Below are positions 48,841 through 60,849 of a stretch of 64,000 bases of DNA, piece by piece. A program made the position numbers and the translations under genes. Source of the DNA: Marsupella aquatica. Taxonomy: Eukaryota; Plantae; Marchantiophyta. Numbering within the stretch: the stretch's first letter is position 1; each line of letters opens with the position of its first letter. The stretch covers positions 1,945,573-2,009,572 of the forward strand of contig OZ316899.1 in assembly GCA_973895155.1 (NCBI GenBank), written 5' to 3'. The notes beneath the pieces were generated by a model. The model did no database searches. It worked only from the letters and a program-made list of their open reading frames with translations, and was not told the DNA's origin.

Positions 48841-49106
48841 AGATCTGACTCATGTTAAGCCCATTAGATAGTAAAAATGGGTGCCAGCCCTGGATATTCA
48901 TTGTAAGTTTGGACACAATTGTATATAATTATTTTCACACATTATCAATCAATGGTCCTTGTCTGGGCTTCTTTGTGCAGAAATGTTTTTACAAGTATGA
49001 TCTCTATCCCATGGTTCTTTGTGAACTAATAAATAATATAATACTATTATAATATAATATAATATAATATAATATATTAATATAATACTAATAAGATTTG
49101 GCCTAT

Positions 49107-49163
49107 AAAGTGTACATTTGGGCTTCGTAAAGTGTACATTTGGGGACATAAAAGTGTACATTT
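49107..49163 (+). repeat. Right subterminal AAAGTGTACATTT repeats x3
   Basis: Same motif and same plus-strand orientation as the left array. Confidence 0.88.
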
Positions 49164-49883
49164 CAGGAATGATTTGTGAACAAAAAAAATACACTTTTAA
49201 TGAATAGGCTGATCAACCAGGATAAGTACCTGGGCTGCGGGGAGTTCAAGGCCTCTTCTTTAGCAAGTTTTTAGTTCCACCAGCAGGGCTGGGATCAAGT
49301 AGTAAGAGAAGCTCTCGGTTAGTTATACAGTGACCCTTGTGTATATTCATGTTTCCTCATACCTAAGAACTGAATAGAGTTGGCCTCACGGCTTAGTTCG
49401 CAGAGCTTGTGTATGAGATGTACTGTTTGTATGGCAAGTGCATGGTATAACTCAGTCAGAAGGAGTCATTTTGCTATTTGTGTGTCGCATTAACTTGTGT
49501 GAAGAGTGCCCACATCAACTAATAGAGGAATAGAAGTAAGCAGGGGAGTGAGAGTTGGATGTGTCGAGTTGAGAGAGGTCTTAGCGGCTTAACCAAGCCA
49601 ATTGGGGATCATTTCGGCGGCGGAATCCAAACATACCTAATGGAAGACCAGGAGAGGAATACAAGGGAGGGCCTAGAATAGACCGGCTAGGTATCTCATG
49701 ACCCAATGAAGGATCTGTCCAGTATATGTGTGTAAAATGTTAATAATAGTAGTTGAAGGAGAGTTAGCAACGTCCCATGCCACTAAGCCATGGAAACGGC
49801 CTCGCCAAGGACAAAACCTGTGGGAATCGGCTTGAGCAAGGGGGTTTCTTGGGTTTGGGGAGCCATGGGATGCACCACATTTT

Positions 49884-49901
49884 TGGCGCTAGATGGAGGG
49901 G
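49884..49901 (+). promoter_or_regulatory. Primer-binding site of Gypsy family 2
   Basis: TGGCGCTAGATGGAGGGG four nt after the LTR end (CA-TTTT-TGG); cognate tRNA not assigned. Confidence 0.8.
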
Positions 49902-49915
49902 GCATTTCTTAAGCC

Positions 49916-52900
49916 ATGAGATATGAAGTTAGGAAGGAAGCATGGGTAATGACTGAACCTACGCCGAGAGAGGAAAGAGCGATTCAACGGGAGAGAGCTC
50001 GTCTGCAGCAGCTCGCCGGGTGGCATGATACACAGCGACTGAGAGGGGCAGAAAGAGCTAGTAGCTCCGTAACTGAAAGTGGCATCGAAGAAGACATACC
50101 AGAAGAAGGGTCGGTAAGGAGAAGTGAGTCTCCAACCAACATGGGGGAACCAGAGGCACGGCCAGACGAGAGGCCAGGGACCAGACTGAGCCAATGGTCG
50201 CGTATTCATTACAAGGCCTTTCATGGAAGAGGAGATGAGGATCCGGACGAATGGTTGGATGACTTCGAAGGAACCGCTGCAGCAAATGGAGAATCGGCCA
50301 TCAAGATGCAAATTCTTCCCGGCCTGTTCAAAGGTGAGGCTAGGCCTTGGTACAGAGCATTGGACGTAGAAGATCAAGCCATCTGAAATACTTTTAGATC
50401 TCTATTTGTCAAGGAGTTTCGACCCATTGGAACCTCAGAGTTAGCAGTGCTGAAGTTGGGACGACTTCGGTTCAAGGAGAACAAATCCTTCAGGAAGTTC
50501 TTGCAACGCTTCCAAAAGCTGGTAAGACGTACAAAGACCAATGCATCTGAAGGTATGCAACTTCAATGGTTAGTGAATGCTTTGCCATAGAAGATGAGTT
50601 TTGCAATTAGGAAGGAGAACCCAGAGACTTTAGCCGAGGCAATTAAGGATATTCAATTATACATTAATGCAGATATCACAAGCCGGAAGAAACAGCTTAA
50701 GTCTGAGAGTTCCTCATCAGAGAAAGGATCACCCCATAAGAAAAAAGATAAGAAAAAGAAACATTCTAAGAAGTCAAGAAGTGATAACTCAAGCTCGGAT
50801 AGTGGGAGTAGCAAGAGTGAGTCATCTTCTAGTTCTGAAGAAGAAAAAACTAGGAAAAGGAAGGGCAGAAGGAGGGGAAAGATGAACGTCAAACTAGAGG
50901 CTAAAACACCAGATAACATCGTAGTCCTTACCGAGCAGCTTAAGGCTATAATAGCAGAGGTAAAACCAAAGAAGAAGGTAGTACAAGAGGATAGCTCTGT
51001 ATGGTGTGCCTTATGTTATAAAACCAGACACCATGAGGATGCGTGTCCTAAACTTAATACTAGTCATGTTTGGCATGTGGCTGAGGCTAGACCATGTCAA
51101 GGAGAAGTAGAGTACTTTTTAGGGGATGCCGCTGATAGTGTTTTCGGCATCAGTGAGACTGGAGCACGAGACTTATCCAACAGACCTGCATCTCTCTGGT
51201 CAGGATTAAGGAACAATCCGGAGAGATGTATCCTCGGATTATTCAGAATCCGTCAGTACCTCCTAGGCCAAATGTGCAAAGATTTGCGGCATGCTATAAT
51301 TGTGGTCAACCTGGTCATTTTGCTAGAGAATGCCCGAATGCACGCAAACAAGGTGATGGACAACCAGCTCAGCTATGTATGGGATGCCGACAGGAGGGTC
51401 ACATGCTAGGACAATGTCCTACTTGGGTGGCAGGCCTGGCCGCAAATCATAAGCTCTTGCCAGTCAAGGTTTTACCGCCAGGTACTACCCTCGGAGGAGT
51501 TCAAATCAACCACATCAAACTTGGATGGCAAACGGATGCCGAAGCAGAGTTCGGACCATCCGATGATGAGGCCGAGGCCCTATCAACCTTCTCAGAGGAG
51601 GATTTGGATCATGATTGCTACCGGGTCTCTACTCGATCTACCAAAAGGAAGGAAAGGTGGGATGGGCTGGCCAAAAATAAAGGGAAGGATAAGGAAGAAA
51701 GAATCGACTCTTTGTCAACATCAACAGAAGGGGAAGGAAAGGCGCCGACAACACAGGTAAGCCATGAGCCCACCCGTGAGCCCAATCCTTCACAGGACAG
51801 CGATTTCAATCGAGATCACCCTAAGTTGTTCTACCCCTCTATTACGGCTAGTGTTAAGGAACAATTGCGAGAATTAGAAACCCTGGAGAATACCGAAGCT
51901 ATAGCCAAGGATGTGAAACGAGCAAAAGCGTTGTTTGCTTCGGAGGATCCAATGGTTGTGGAGACCAGCGTGGAAAAACAGGCCGAAGCCAAGATGAAGA
52001 CACCGCCAGAAGAGAAGCCGATAGTTCCCTATGACCTGGCTAAAGATGTGCTAGAATCTAGAGTCTCGGCAACCGTAGGTCAACTGTTGAAAAATAGCCC
52101 GTACTTCCGGAAGCAGTTAAGGAAGGCGATTCTCGGCAAGCCGAGATTACCCAAGGTAGCAACCACATCCGATGTGCTGATGATAGAAGAAGATCAAGGA
52201 GCCCTAGCATTACCATTAATGATTCAAGGAGAAATATTATTGCGAGTACTCATTGATGGAGGATCCGGGGTATGTATTATGATTGATTCAACAGCAAAAG
52301 GATGGGGTCTAACACCGGAGATGACTGGAAGAGTGTTAAACATGGCCAATGGGTATCAGGTTATTCCCACGGGAGTGTTAACCGGCATCAAGACTGAGAT
52401 AGGAGAAATCTTCTTTAGCATTAACTATGTAGTAATGAAGCCGGTAAACCCTACGTCGTTCCGGCTATTAATTGGCAGGCCATGGCTGTACCTAGCCAAA
52501 GTAATAGAAGATTGGGGTAAGAAGGAGTTCACCTTTGGGACCCCATCTATCACGGTATCCTGGGACACCAAGGATGACCGCAGGAAAAGCATCAGGGAAG
52601 TAGATGGGTACGATAGTGGACTGGAGTCAGCCGATGAAGTACATTGGCTAGAATGCCTCACTGACCTAACCAAAGAAAATGTATTTGGACCAGAAGTGCC
52701 CCCCAGCGGACTATGGCACGAACCTATGGAGAGTAACCTGGAGGAAGGTGAAGAAGAGACCGAGGATTGCTTTGCCATAGAGTCAACATTTTTAGCTTCA
52801 ATTCCGGAGGAGACACAAGAGGCGGATCGGCTAGATGAAACGGCTAGGTGGGGAGCTACACCAGAGACAGTGGATTTTCCTCGAGCGTTGTGGCAGAGCC

Positions 52901-55900
52901 GACAAGATCCACAATGCCATCTATCATCGGCAACAAATTAAATACCAAAGGATCGGCATACAAGCCGATCACAAGGGCAGAACAAATTGAGGCCCTGCTA
53001 GAAGCCGGAAGAGCACGACGGCCTGACCCTCAGGAAGCAGGAATGGATAAGATGCACGGGAAGAAACCAGAGCTGAGTCAGGAAGGGGAGCCGACAACCA
53101 ATTCAAAACCAAGCAGAACGGCAAGGGAACAGTCTGTTAATAACCAGGGAGAACCTAAGTCAACCAATTCAGCTAGTACTGCCGAGATTCCAATCTATGG
53201 AGGTATGAGACTGGAGAGGCTGGAAGCCGAGTTGGACCCGAATTTGAAGAAGCAAATTAATATGATCCAAGCACGGCAATACCGGAAGCTAGACTTAGGA
53301 GAAGGAAGGGAACTGAACTTGGGACGGGACCTAGCACCTGAGCTTGAGAAAGAGATCAGTGAATTACTAATTGAATTTCAGGATGTGTTCGCATGGAGTC
53401 ACCAAGATCTGAAGGGAGTAGACCCAAAACTAGGAGAACACCGAATCGATCTCATGTTAGGGGCCAAATCATTTCAACAACCAATTCGACGGATGAACCC
53501 TAAGTATTCTCTGATGGTCAAGGTTGAAATTGATAAACTAGTGGAAGCCGGATTCATCACTCCAGTCCTGCATTCAGACTGGGTGTCTCCAATTGTGATA
53601 GTTCCTAAGAAAGCTGGACCCGATGGTAAACCAAAGATCCGGGTTTGTCAGGATTACAGGAAGTTGAATGAGGCTACGTTAAAAGACCATTTTCCCTTAC
53701 CCTTTACTGATATGGTACTAGACATGGTAGCTAGTCATGAACTATACTCATTCATGGATGGATACTCTGGTTATAACCAAATCAGGATTAGGCAGGAGGA
53801 CCAAATCAAGACAGCCTTCATCACGGAATGGGGGATCTATGTCTTCAATTATATGCCGTTTGGACTCTGTAACGCACCAGCTATGTTCCAATGATTAATG
53901 GTGAACATTTTTCATGACTACTTGAGAAAATTCATGGAAATCTTCATTGATGACTTTGCAGTATTTGGGAAGGCATCAAAACATGCTAAATACCTCAGGA
54001 AAACCTTCATGAGATGCAGAGAGGTAGGCCTCAAGTTACACCCAGATAAATGTTTCTTTGGCGTAACAGAAGGTGTGCTACTAGGTCACAAGGTATCAAA
54101 AAAGGGCATTGAGATTGATAAGGGTAAGCTAGCAGTGTGGCTAGATATCATGCAACCTAAGAACATAAAGGATGTGAGATCCTTCTTGGGTTGCATTGGT
54201 TATTATCGCCGGTTCATCAAGGATTTTGCCAAGCTAGCTTTACCATTAACCAACATGCTCAAAGCAGGTGCAGACTTCAAACCCACACCAGAGCGAGTGA
54301 CAGCGGTGGTGGAATTGAAGCAGATGTTAGTAGAGGCCCCAGTCATGATAGCACCAGACTGGAACAAGGATTTTCATGTCTTTGTAGATGTCTTAGGCTT
54401 CTGTATCGGCTCAGTACTAAGTCAGTTAGATGAGAAAGGAAGGGACCATCCTATATACTTTGCAAGTCGCCAGCTTGCCGATGCCGAACGAAACTACTCC
54501 ACCATAGAAAGAGAAGCATTAGGAGTCATTTATTCATGTAAAAAGTTTAGGCATTATCTGCTAGGATACAAGGTAATCTTTCATACTATCATGAAAGTTT
54601 AAAGTACCTAGTAAATAAGCCGGACCTTACAGGCAGGGTAGCAAGATGGATTTTGCTATTACAGGAGTTTGACTACGAGCTAAAAATCAAGTCGGGAAAG
54701 CTACACGCCAATGCCGACTTCTTTTCAAGGATCACAGGTGAACCTGCCACGGATTGCATCGATGATCAATTTCCCGACGAGGAGCTATTTGTTGTGGAAA
54801 TAGTTGATACATGGTACCCTGAGATTTTACAATTTCTCAGCACTTCCAGATTACAGCCCGGGCTAAGCCGAGAGCAAGCCGCAGTCTTTTTGCGGAAGGT
54901 CAGACAGTATCAGTGCATCAAGGGCGTGCTACACAGGCATGGAATCAGCGGCACGATTCAAAGGTGTTTGGAGGAGGGAGAGGTAAAACGAGTCTTACGA
55001 GCTATGCATGGAGAGGAGGCACGCCGGGGGACATTTTGCTCCAGTAACCACTTCTAAAAAAATATTAAATGCCGGTTACTGGTGGCCCACCTTGCACAAA
55101 GATGTCTATAAATTTATCAAACAATGCGATCCTTGTCAACGAGCAGGAGGACCAAGGGCGTCCACAAGACATCCACTGCAACCTATTCTACCTTTGGCAC
55201 CATTTGAGAAGTGGGGTATTGATTACATCGGACCCCTGAAACCATTGACCCATCCTCGAAGAAACAAGTACATAATCTTGGCCACGGATTATGCAACTAA
55301 GTGGGTAGAGGCCAGGCCGACAACGAAGGATGATGCAATTACTACGGCTCGATTCATGTATGAGCAGATCTTCACCAGGTATGGCGCACCCTTAGAATTA
55401 GTTAGTGATAGAGGAACCCATTTTCTGAATGATATAATTAGTCGTTTAAATGAGCAGTATTTAGTTAGACATAGGCCTACTACTCCCTACCACCGCAAAC
55501 GGGTTGACGGAACGAGCCAATGGAATTATAGGAAAAATATTAAACAAAACTGTAGCCCAGAACAAACTCGATTGGGATGATAAATTGTTTGCTGCTGTTT
55601 TTGCTTACAATTTAGCCTATAAATCCACTACCGGTCATACACTTTTTTTCTTAACCTTTGGACAGGAAGCCCTGGTACCCATGCAACTTGAGATCCCTAC
55701 ATTTCAAGTTACAATTGAGGAGAGAACCTCACAGGAAGAAAGCCTAAAGGAGCGAGAATATAGGTTAGAAGCTTTAGAGGAGGCAAGAATGATTTCAGCC
55801 GAGAGAGTAGAATATAGACAGAATACCATGAAGCAGCGGTATGATAAAAGGTTGAAACTAGTTAGTATTCACACAGGAGATCTTGTATTACTTTATGACA

Positions 55901-56120
55901 GTAGGTAAGTAGGTTTCCGGGGAAACTTTACACTCGCTGGTTAGGACCTTTCAGGGTATCAATGAAGTTCTCTAATGGCTCTGTGCAATTGGCCAACATA
56001 ACTGGAGAGGTGTACCCAGTTCGCATCCATTACGACCGCCTCAAGAAATACTATATGGACGAAGATGAAGTTGTTCGCGAGGACGCTTCACAATTAAGTG
56101 GGGAGCTATGTGATGCCTAG
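49916..56120 (+). pseudogene. gag-pol: Gypsy family 2 gag-pol (gag, zinc knuckles, protease, RT, RNase H, integrase), several stops and frameshifts
   Basis: DPDEWLDDF...GEARPWY; CYNCGQPGHFAREC; VLIDGGSG; WVSPIVIVPKK, RVCQDYRKLN, DGYSGYNQI, MPFGLCNAP, FIDDF; PIYFASRQL; FEKWGIDYIGP, SDRGTHF; no chromodomain or extra archaeal-type RNase H seen. Confidence 0.95.
56096..56108 (+). promoter_or_regulatory. Polypurine tract of Gypsy family 2
   Basis: AAGTGGGGAGCTA immediately before the TGTGATGCC LTR start; identical to the PPT of family 1. Confidence 0.88.
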
Positions 56121-59100
56121 CCAGGAATCTAGGCCGGTTTACATGGTAAAAGCAGGAGTGTACCCTGGAAACACCTTAGTATAGTAACAAGACAAGGAAA
56201 ATATAAACAATTAAGGGTGACTATGGAACCTGGGCCGAGGCCAGAAGTAAGGACGTCGGGGGAGAGAACACGATTAGGGTTAGGGCGCGCTAAGCGTCGG
56301 CGGCTAGGGGTGACCAACGGGAGGGAAGACCAGAGGAGGAGAGGGGTAAGGACTGCTCGCGAGGAATTGTGGCTCATTTGCAAGCACAAACTGAGCAGAC
56401 GACTACGGGAGGCCAAATACTGTCAGCTGCTTAGGCAAACACTCTGGGTGGGAACAGATACCAACGATCAAGTCAAGGAGGGTATGAGCAACGTTAATCA
56501 AGCGGCACATTTTTGGGGATGCCTGTTCGAACGGGCAACTGAGTACATTGGAACTTACGAGGACAAAGAATCGGAGAGAGCAACTTGAGAACGGCAGGAG
56601 CTCGCTTGACTGTGGGAGCTGCAGAAGTCTGCCTTCTTAGGAGGAGAACTCATCAAGGCCGAGTTCTTGTGGACTCCTACTGCCAATCAGCTCAATGACC
56701 TTCTATTTTGCAAAGACAGAATCGTCGGCATTCGGGAAGCCATCAACCACTGCAACGACGCGCACTGGGAGTTGAAGGGTAGCATGGAAGGGTGGACAAA
56801 GGCAACTGTGCTAGGAGAAACATCCACGGCAGCCAAGATGAAGAGGAAAGGAAACAACAACGAAGAGGCCACCCCGGCAAAAAGAACGAGGTCGGCGGCA
56901 CCAAGAAAACCAACAAAGCAGCAAAACAGGAGGCAGGGAGAAGCCAAAGAGGAGGAGGTTGATCCCATCAATGCCATTCCAACAAATGATGACACCTAGA
57001 AAGGCTGGGCGGCGACCCTACCAGAGGAAGTGCAATTACATTTTGCACGGGAGGAGGATGCATGCTTTACGGCCATGCAGACCAAGAAGTACCAGGGCTT
57101 CATGGCCGGATCCGGCTTGGAAACCTTTGTAAGATTACCATGGCTGAAGCCGGAGGTGCCGGACTCAGACTTATTAGAATTCGTGGGATCATGGGAACCC
57201 GAGACCAATTCCACAAGGGTGTATGGGAAGGATTTCTATCTCACTCCCCGGGTGATTGCCGAGGTGTTTGGCTTGGCAATGGGTAATAAGACCAAGGTTG
57301 ATACCAGGAAGACCTTACCTGAAAAGGAGTTCCAGTCGTTCCCAGGACCATCAACGAGGAATGGCTTCTTCCGGAACACCTGCACCAACCAGCGCATCGG
57401 AGAGATGATCGATTTCTTGCGGGTGACCATGCATTGTAACTTGCCGAGGGCAGAGATCGGCAAGGCTCAGGTCTACCTGGCAAAAAGGCCAGACCCAAGC
57501 CGGGATTACAACGGGTACCTCCTCAACCAATTGAAGAAAATCTTGAAGGAGGAACAGCAGGTGATCGGCGTGGGAAGCGTGTCCCGGCTTGACTATCACA
57601 TGCCGCTGTTGTGCCGGTATGCCAGAAGTCAAATCTTTGCCCCAATACTTCCCCTATCGGCAAGGGCACCGGAGGAGGTTTCGGAGCAGAGGCCGGCAAC
57701 AGAAGAGCCCAACCAGCATGTCAGTCCTACGATCAAGCAGGTGTTTCGGCCAAGGAAAGAAGACTTGCCGATGCAGCAATCAGGCATGCAGAATCTGCTG
57801 AAAATGCTGGAGAAGGAGAGAACGGCACCAGCAATGGCAACGGCACCAGCAATGGCAACGGCACCGGTACAGGATGCTGCCCCAGAGGCCGGCCTAAGCC
57901 GACTCAGGAGGGAAAACCCCTTTATCAGAGCCAAGGAGAGAAGGAGGCCGGAACACAAGCCGGGAGTGCGAATGTATGTGGGAGCCTCAAGCCCCGAATC
58001 GGAGGCAGAGCAGCCTAAGGCTCCTTCCCGCGGAGAGCAGAGGGAGAGGACAGCCTGGAACCGAGAGGAGGAACAAGGGCCCGTGATCTGTGAGGCCGTT
58101 TTCACGGCAGGACCAGGGGAACAGAGGGGGAAGCAAGGAGTCCAAGCAGTGGAGGAGGCGGTGGAGGACCACAGCAATGATAACTCCGGCTATGGGTCGG
58201 ATCATCATGTTCTAGGAGTAGGGACCTATGGCCGATTTATCCCCACGCTTCCAAGAGTAGTTTGAGGGGACCCCACCCAGCAGAGTAGCCCCGAATCTCC
58301 CCCACCAGAGGTTGCTCCCCCGAGCTTTGACGGCATAAAGCAGACGGCACAAGACTTTCAGGAGCGACTCAGGGAGGAAGAGAGGGCAGCCCTGGCTAGG
58401 GAGAAAGATTTATCAGGAGGAGATTGGCCGGAGGACATCAGGCGGCTTGCCGAAAAAAGAAGCAACCCTCTTGCCACCGTAGAAGAAATCCGCAAGGCGG
58501 CTTGGGAACAGAGGCCGAGGTGGTTGTTGCCAATGACTTCTACTTACTCCACCTATGCTAAGGATAGAGCCATGGAGTACGGGGAGATGTGTGGGGACCT
58601 GGCGCCTCAGCATCTTTGGGGAGGAGTTGGAGCAGGGACCTTTCTTCCAGAGGGAGAGGTTGGAGAAGCACCGATTAGAAAAAGCAATGGCTTTGGAGAG
58701 AAGCAAAAAGGACGAGGTCATCCGGCGGCTTAGGAAGAAGGAAGCCGAGGTGGAAGTCCTGCAGGCGGCCAAGAAAGCCCAAGATGAGCTGCGGATTAAG
58801 CGGCATGAGCTAAACATCATGCATGGGCAGTTGGATACCACTCAGTCTGACAATCAGATTATCAAAGATAAACTGACTCGGACCCAAGGAGAGTTGGCCG
58901 GCGCAGTCAAGGAAAGAGAGAAATGGAAGCGGGAGCTAAGAGACGTAGAGGAGGCCCACTTAGCAACCAACAATTGGGCCGTGGCGGAGAACCGAAGAAG
59001 GGAAAGGGCATTAAAGGGGGAACTCGAGGATATCCGCGGAGCCCTTGAGCAAAAGGAAGCAGAGTTAGGGAAATCCTATCAAGGGATTATTGCGCTGTAG

Positions 59101-60849
59101 CAGGAGCTTGCGTCCCTGACGGCCAGCTTCAAGGCCGACCTGCGTGAAAAGGACGACCAGCTCGACCAGACTTATGCCAAGATGAATAAGATGGAGTCTG
59201 TGGTCGTAGCAGAGCTCGACAAGGAGCTAAGAGCAACCCAAGAGTAGAGGGCTACCTTAAAGACAGAGTTGGAGGAAGCCAAAAAGGAGCTGGAGGAGGC
59301 GCACAAAGACCTGGACGAGACCCAGGAGGAGTTGGAGGAAATCATGAGGAAGATGGAGAACCTACAGCGGCGGGCCGACAACCAAACGGAGCGGCTGAAG
59401 AAACAAGCCGTAGTATTTAAATGCTTGGCTTCATCAGGTCCAACTCCAATTGGGGCAACCCAGTTACCAGGGGTAGTATTGGCCGAAGGACAAGCCGAGA
59501 CACTCACCCCGGTGTCGGAGTAAGTGGCAAGGGGAAGGAACCGGCTGTCGAAATAGGGAAGAAGAAGAAGCGGAAACCTTCTAGGTCTGGGAGTTATACG
59601 GCTTCTCAAGCCGTTGTGACCAAGAAGATAAACCCGGCACCAACCTCCGGCATCGGTACGGCGGTGGATCCACCAGTCCTAGGAAGTGGGGATGGCAAGG
59701 CCGAGACCGGGACAACCAGTAATGAAGCCGAGGTACCAGATCCTCCACTAGAACATGTCGGGGAGGCCGTGGCCGATGCTGAGGCCGAAGCCGAGGGTGG
59801 ACCTAGTCAGGCCGATGAAGAGTTGACTCGGTCCGGGGTAGGTAATCTGTCAGAGGACGGACCAACGACAGTGGTTGCGAAGGAAGCGTTGGGGGCGTCC
59901 ATTGAGGACCAGCCACCGGGGTCGTGACGGTGTAAGGGAGCCGTCCCTTTTAGGGAGGGCAGACGTGGAGGTAGGAGGTGTGAGTGGGCAGGGCGGGCGC
60001 TGATCTCCAAGTTTAGACTAAGGATCAGGACCAGGAGACGGCCCTGACACTTAGATTAGTGGGATTGCGGAGCCACGAGAGAGCGACACTTGTGCTCCTG
60101 CCTCGCTATACATAGGTAGATTATAGTTAGGTAGATTACAGTAAGTAGATTAGGCTTGCGCTACAAGGAATCAGGCGGATCCACAACCAGGATAAGTACC
60201 TGGGCTGCGGGAAGTTCAGGGCCTCTTCTTTAGCAAGTTTTTAGTTGCACCAGCAGGGCTGGGATCAAGTAGTAAGAGAAGCTCTCGGTTAGTTATATAG
60301 TGACCCTTGTGTATATTCATGTTTCCTCATACCTAAGAACTGAATAGAGTTGGCCTCACGGCTTAGTTCGCAGAGCTTGTGTATGAGATGTACTGTTTGT
60401 ATGGCAAGTGCATGGTATAACTCAGTCAGAAGGAGTCATTTTGCTATTTGTGTGTCGCATTAACTTGTGTGAAGAGTGCCCACATCAACTAATAGAGGAA
60501 TAGAAGTAAGCAGGGGAGTGAGAGTTGGATGTGTCGACCTGAGAGAGGTCTTAGCGGCTTAACCAAGCCAATTGGGGATCATTCCGGCGGCGGAATCCAA
60601 ACATACCTAATGGAAGACCAGGAGAGGAATACAAGGGAGGGCCTAGAATAGGCCGGCTAGGTATCTCATGACCCGATGAAGGATCTGTCCAGTATATGTG
60701 TGTAAAATGTTAATAATAGTAGTTGAAGGAGAGTTAGCAGCGTCCCATGCCGCTAAGCCCCGGAAACGGCCTTGCCAAGGAGGAAACCTGTGGGAATCGG
60801 CTTGAGCAAGGGGGTTTCTTGGGTTTGGGAAGCCATGGGACGCATCACA
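56109..60849 (+). repeat. 3' LTR of Gypsy family 2 (4741 bp)
   Basis: TG...CA, collinear with the 5' LTR, followed by the TSD. Confidence 0.95.
56217..59927 (+). pseudogene. LTR-internal ORF, 3' LTR copy (3711 nt span, about 1237 codons as reconstructed)
   Basis: Homologous to 32359-36000, with independent stops (56998, 59098, about 59245) and 1-nt indels (about 58607, about 59520). TGA at 56586 and 58263 is shared with the 5' copy. Confidence 0.75.

Larger units (their letters stand above)
36263..49213 (-). mobile_element. Sola-type DNA transposon, 12,951 bp, carrying two cargo genes
   Basis: 26-bp TIRs with 24/26 identity (ATCAATCTATTCATTAAAAGTGTATT vs ATCAGCCTATTCATTAAAAGTGTATT). 4-bp TSD CAAC at 36259-36262 and 49214-49217. 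The empty site is visible in the 3' LTR. Sola-like DDD transposase motifs. Confidence 0.88.
32249..49879 (+). repeat. 5' LTR of Gypsy family 2 (32249-36262 plus 49218-49879, about 4.68 kb without the insertion)
   Basis: Collinear with 56109-60849; the join CCACAAC|CAGGATAAG is restored when 36263-49217 is removed. Confidence 0.93.
32249..60849 (+). mobile_element. Full-length Ty3/Gypsy LTR retrotransposon (non-chromoviral type), family 2, with about 4.7-kb coding LTRs; 5' LTR interrupted by a Sola element
   Basis: TGTGATGC...GCATCACA termini; 5-bp TSD AAGGC at 32244-32248 and 60850-60854; PBS, gag-PR-RT-RH-IN and PPT are all present. Confidence 0.95.
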
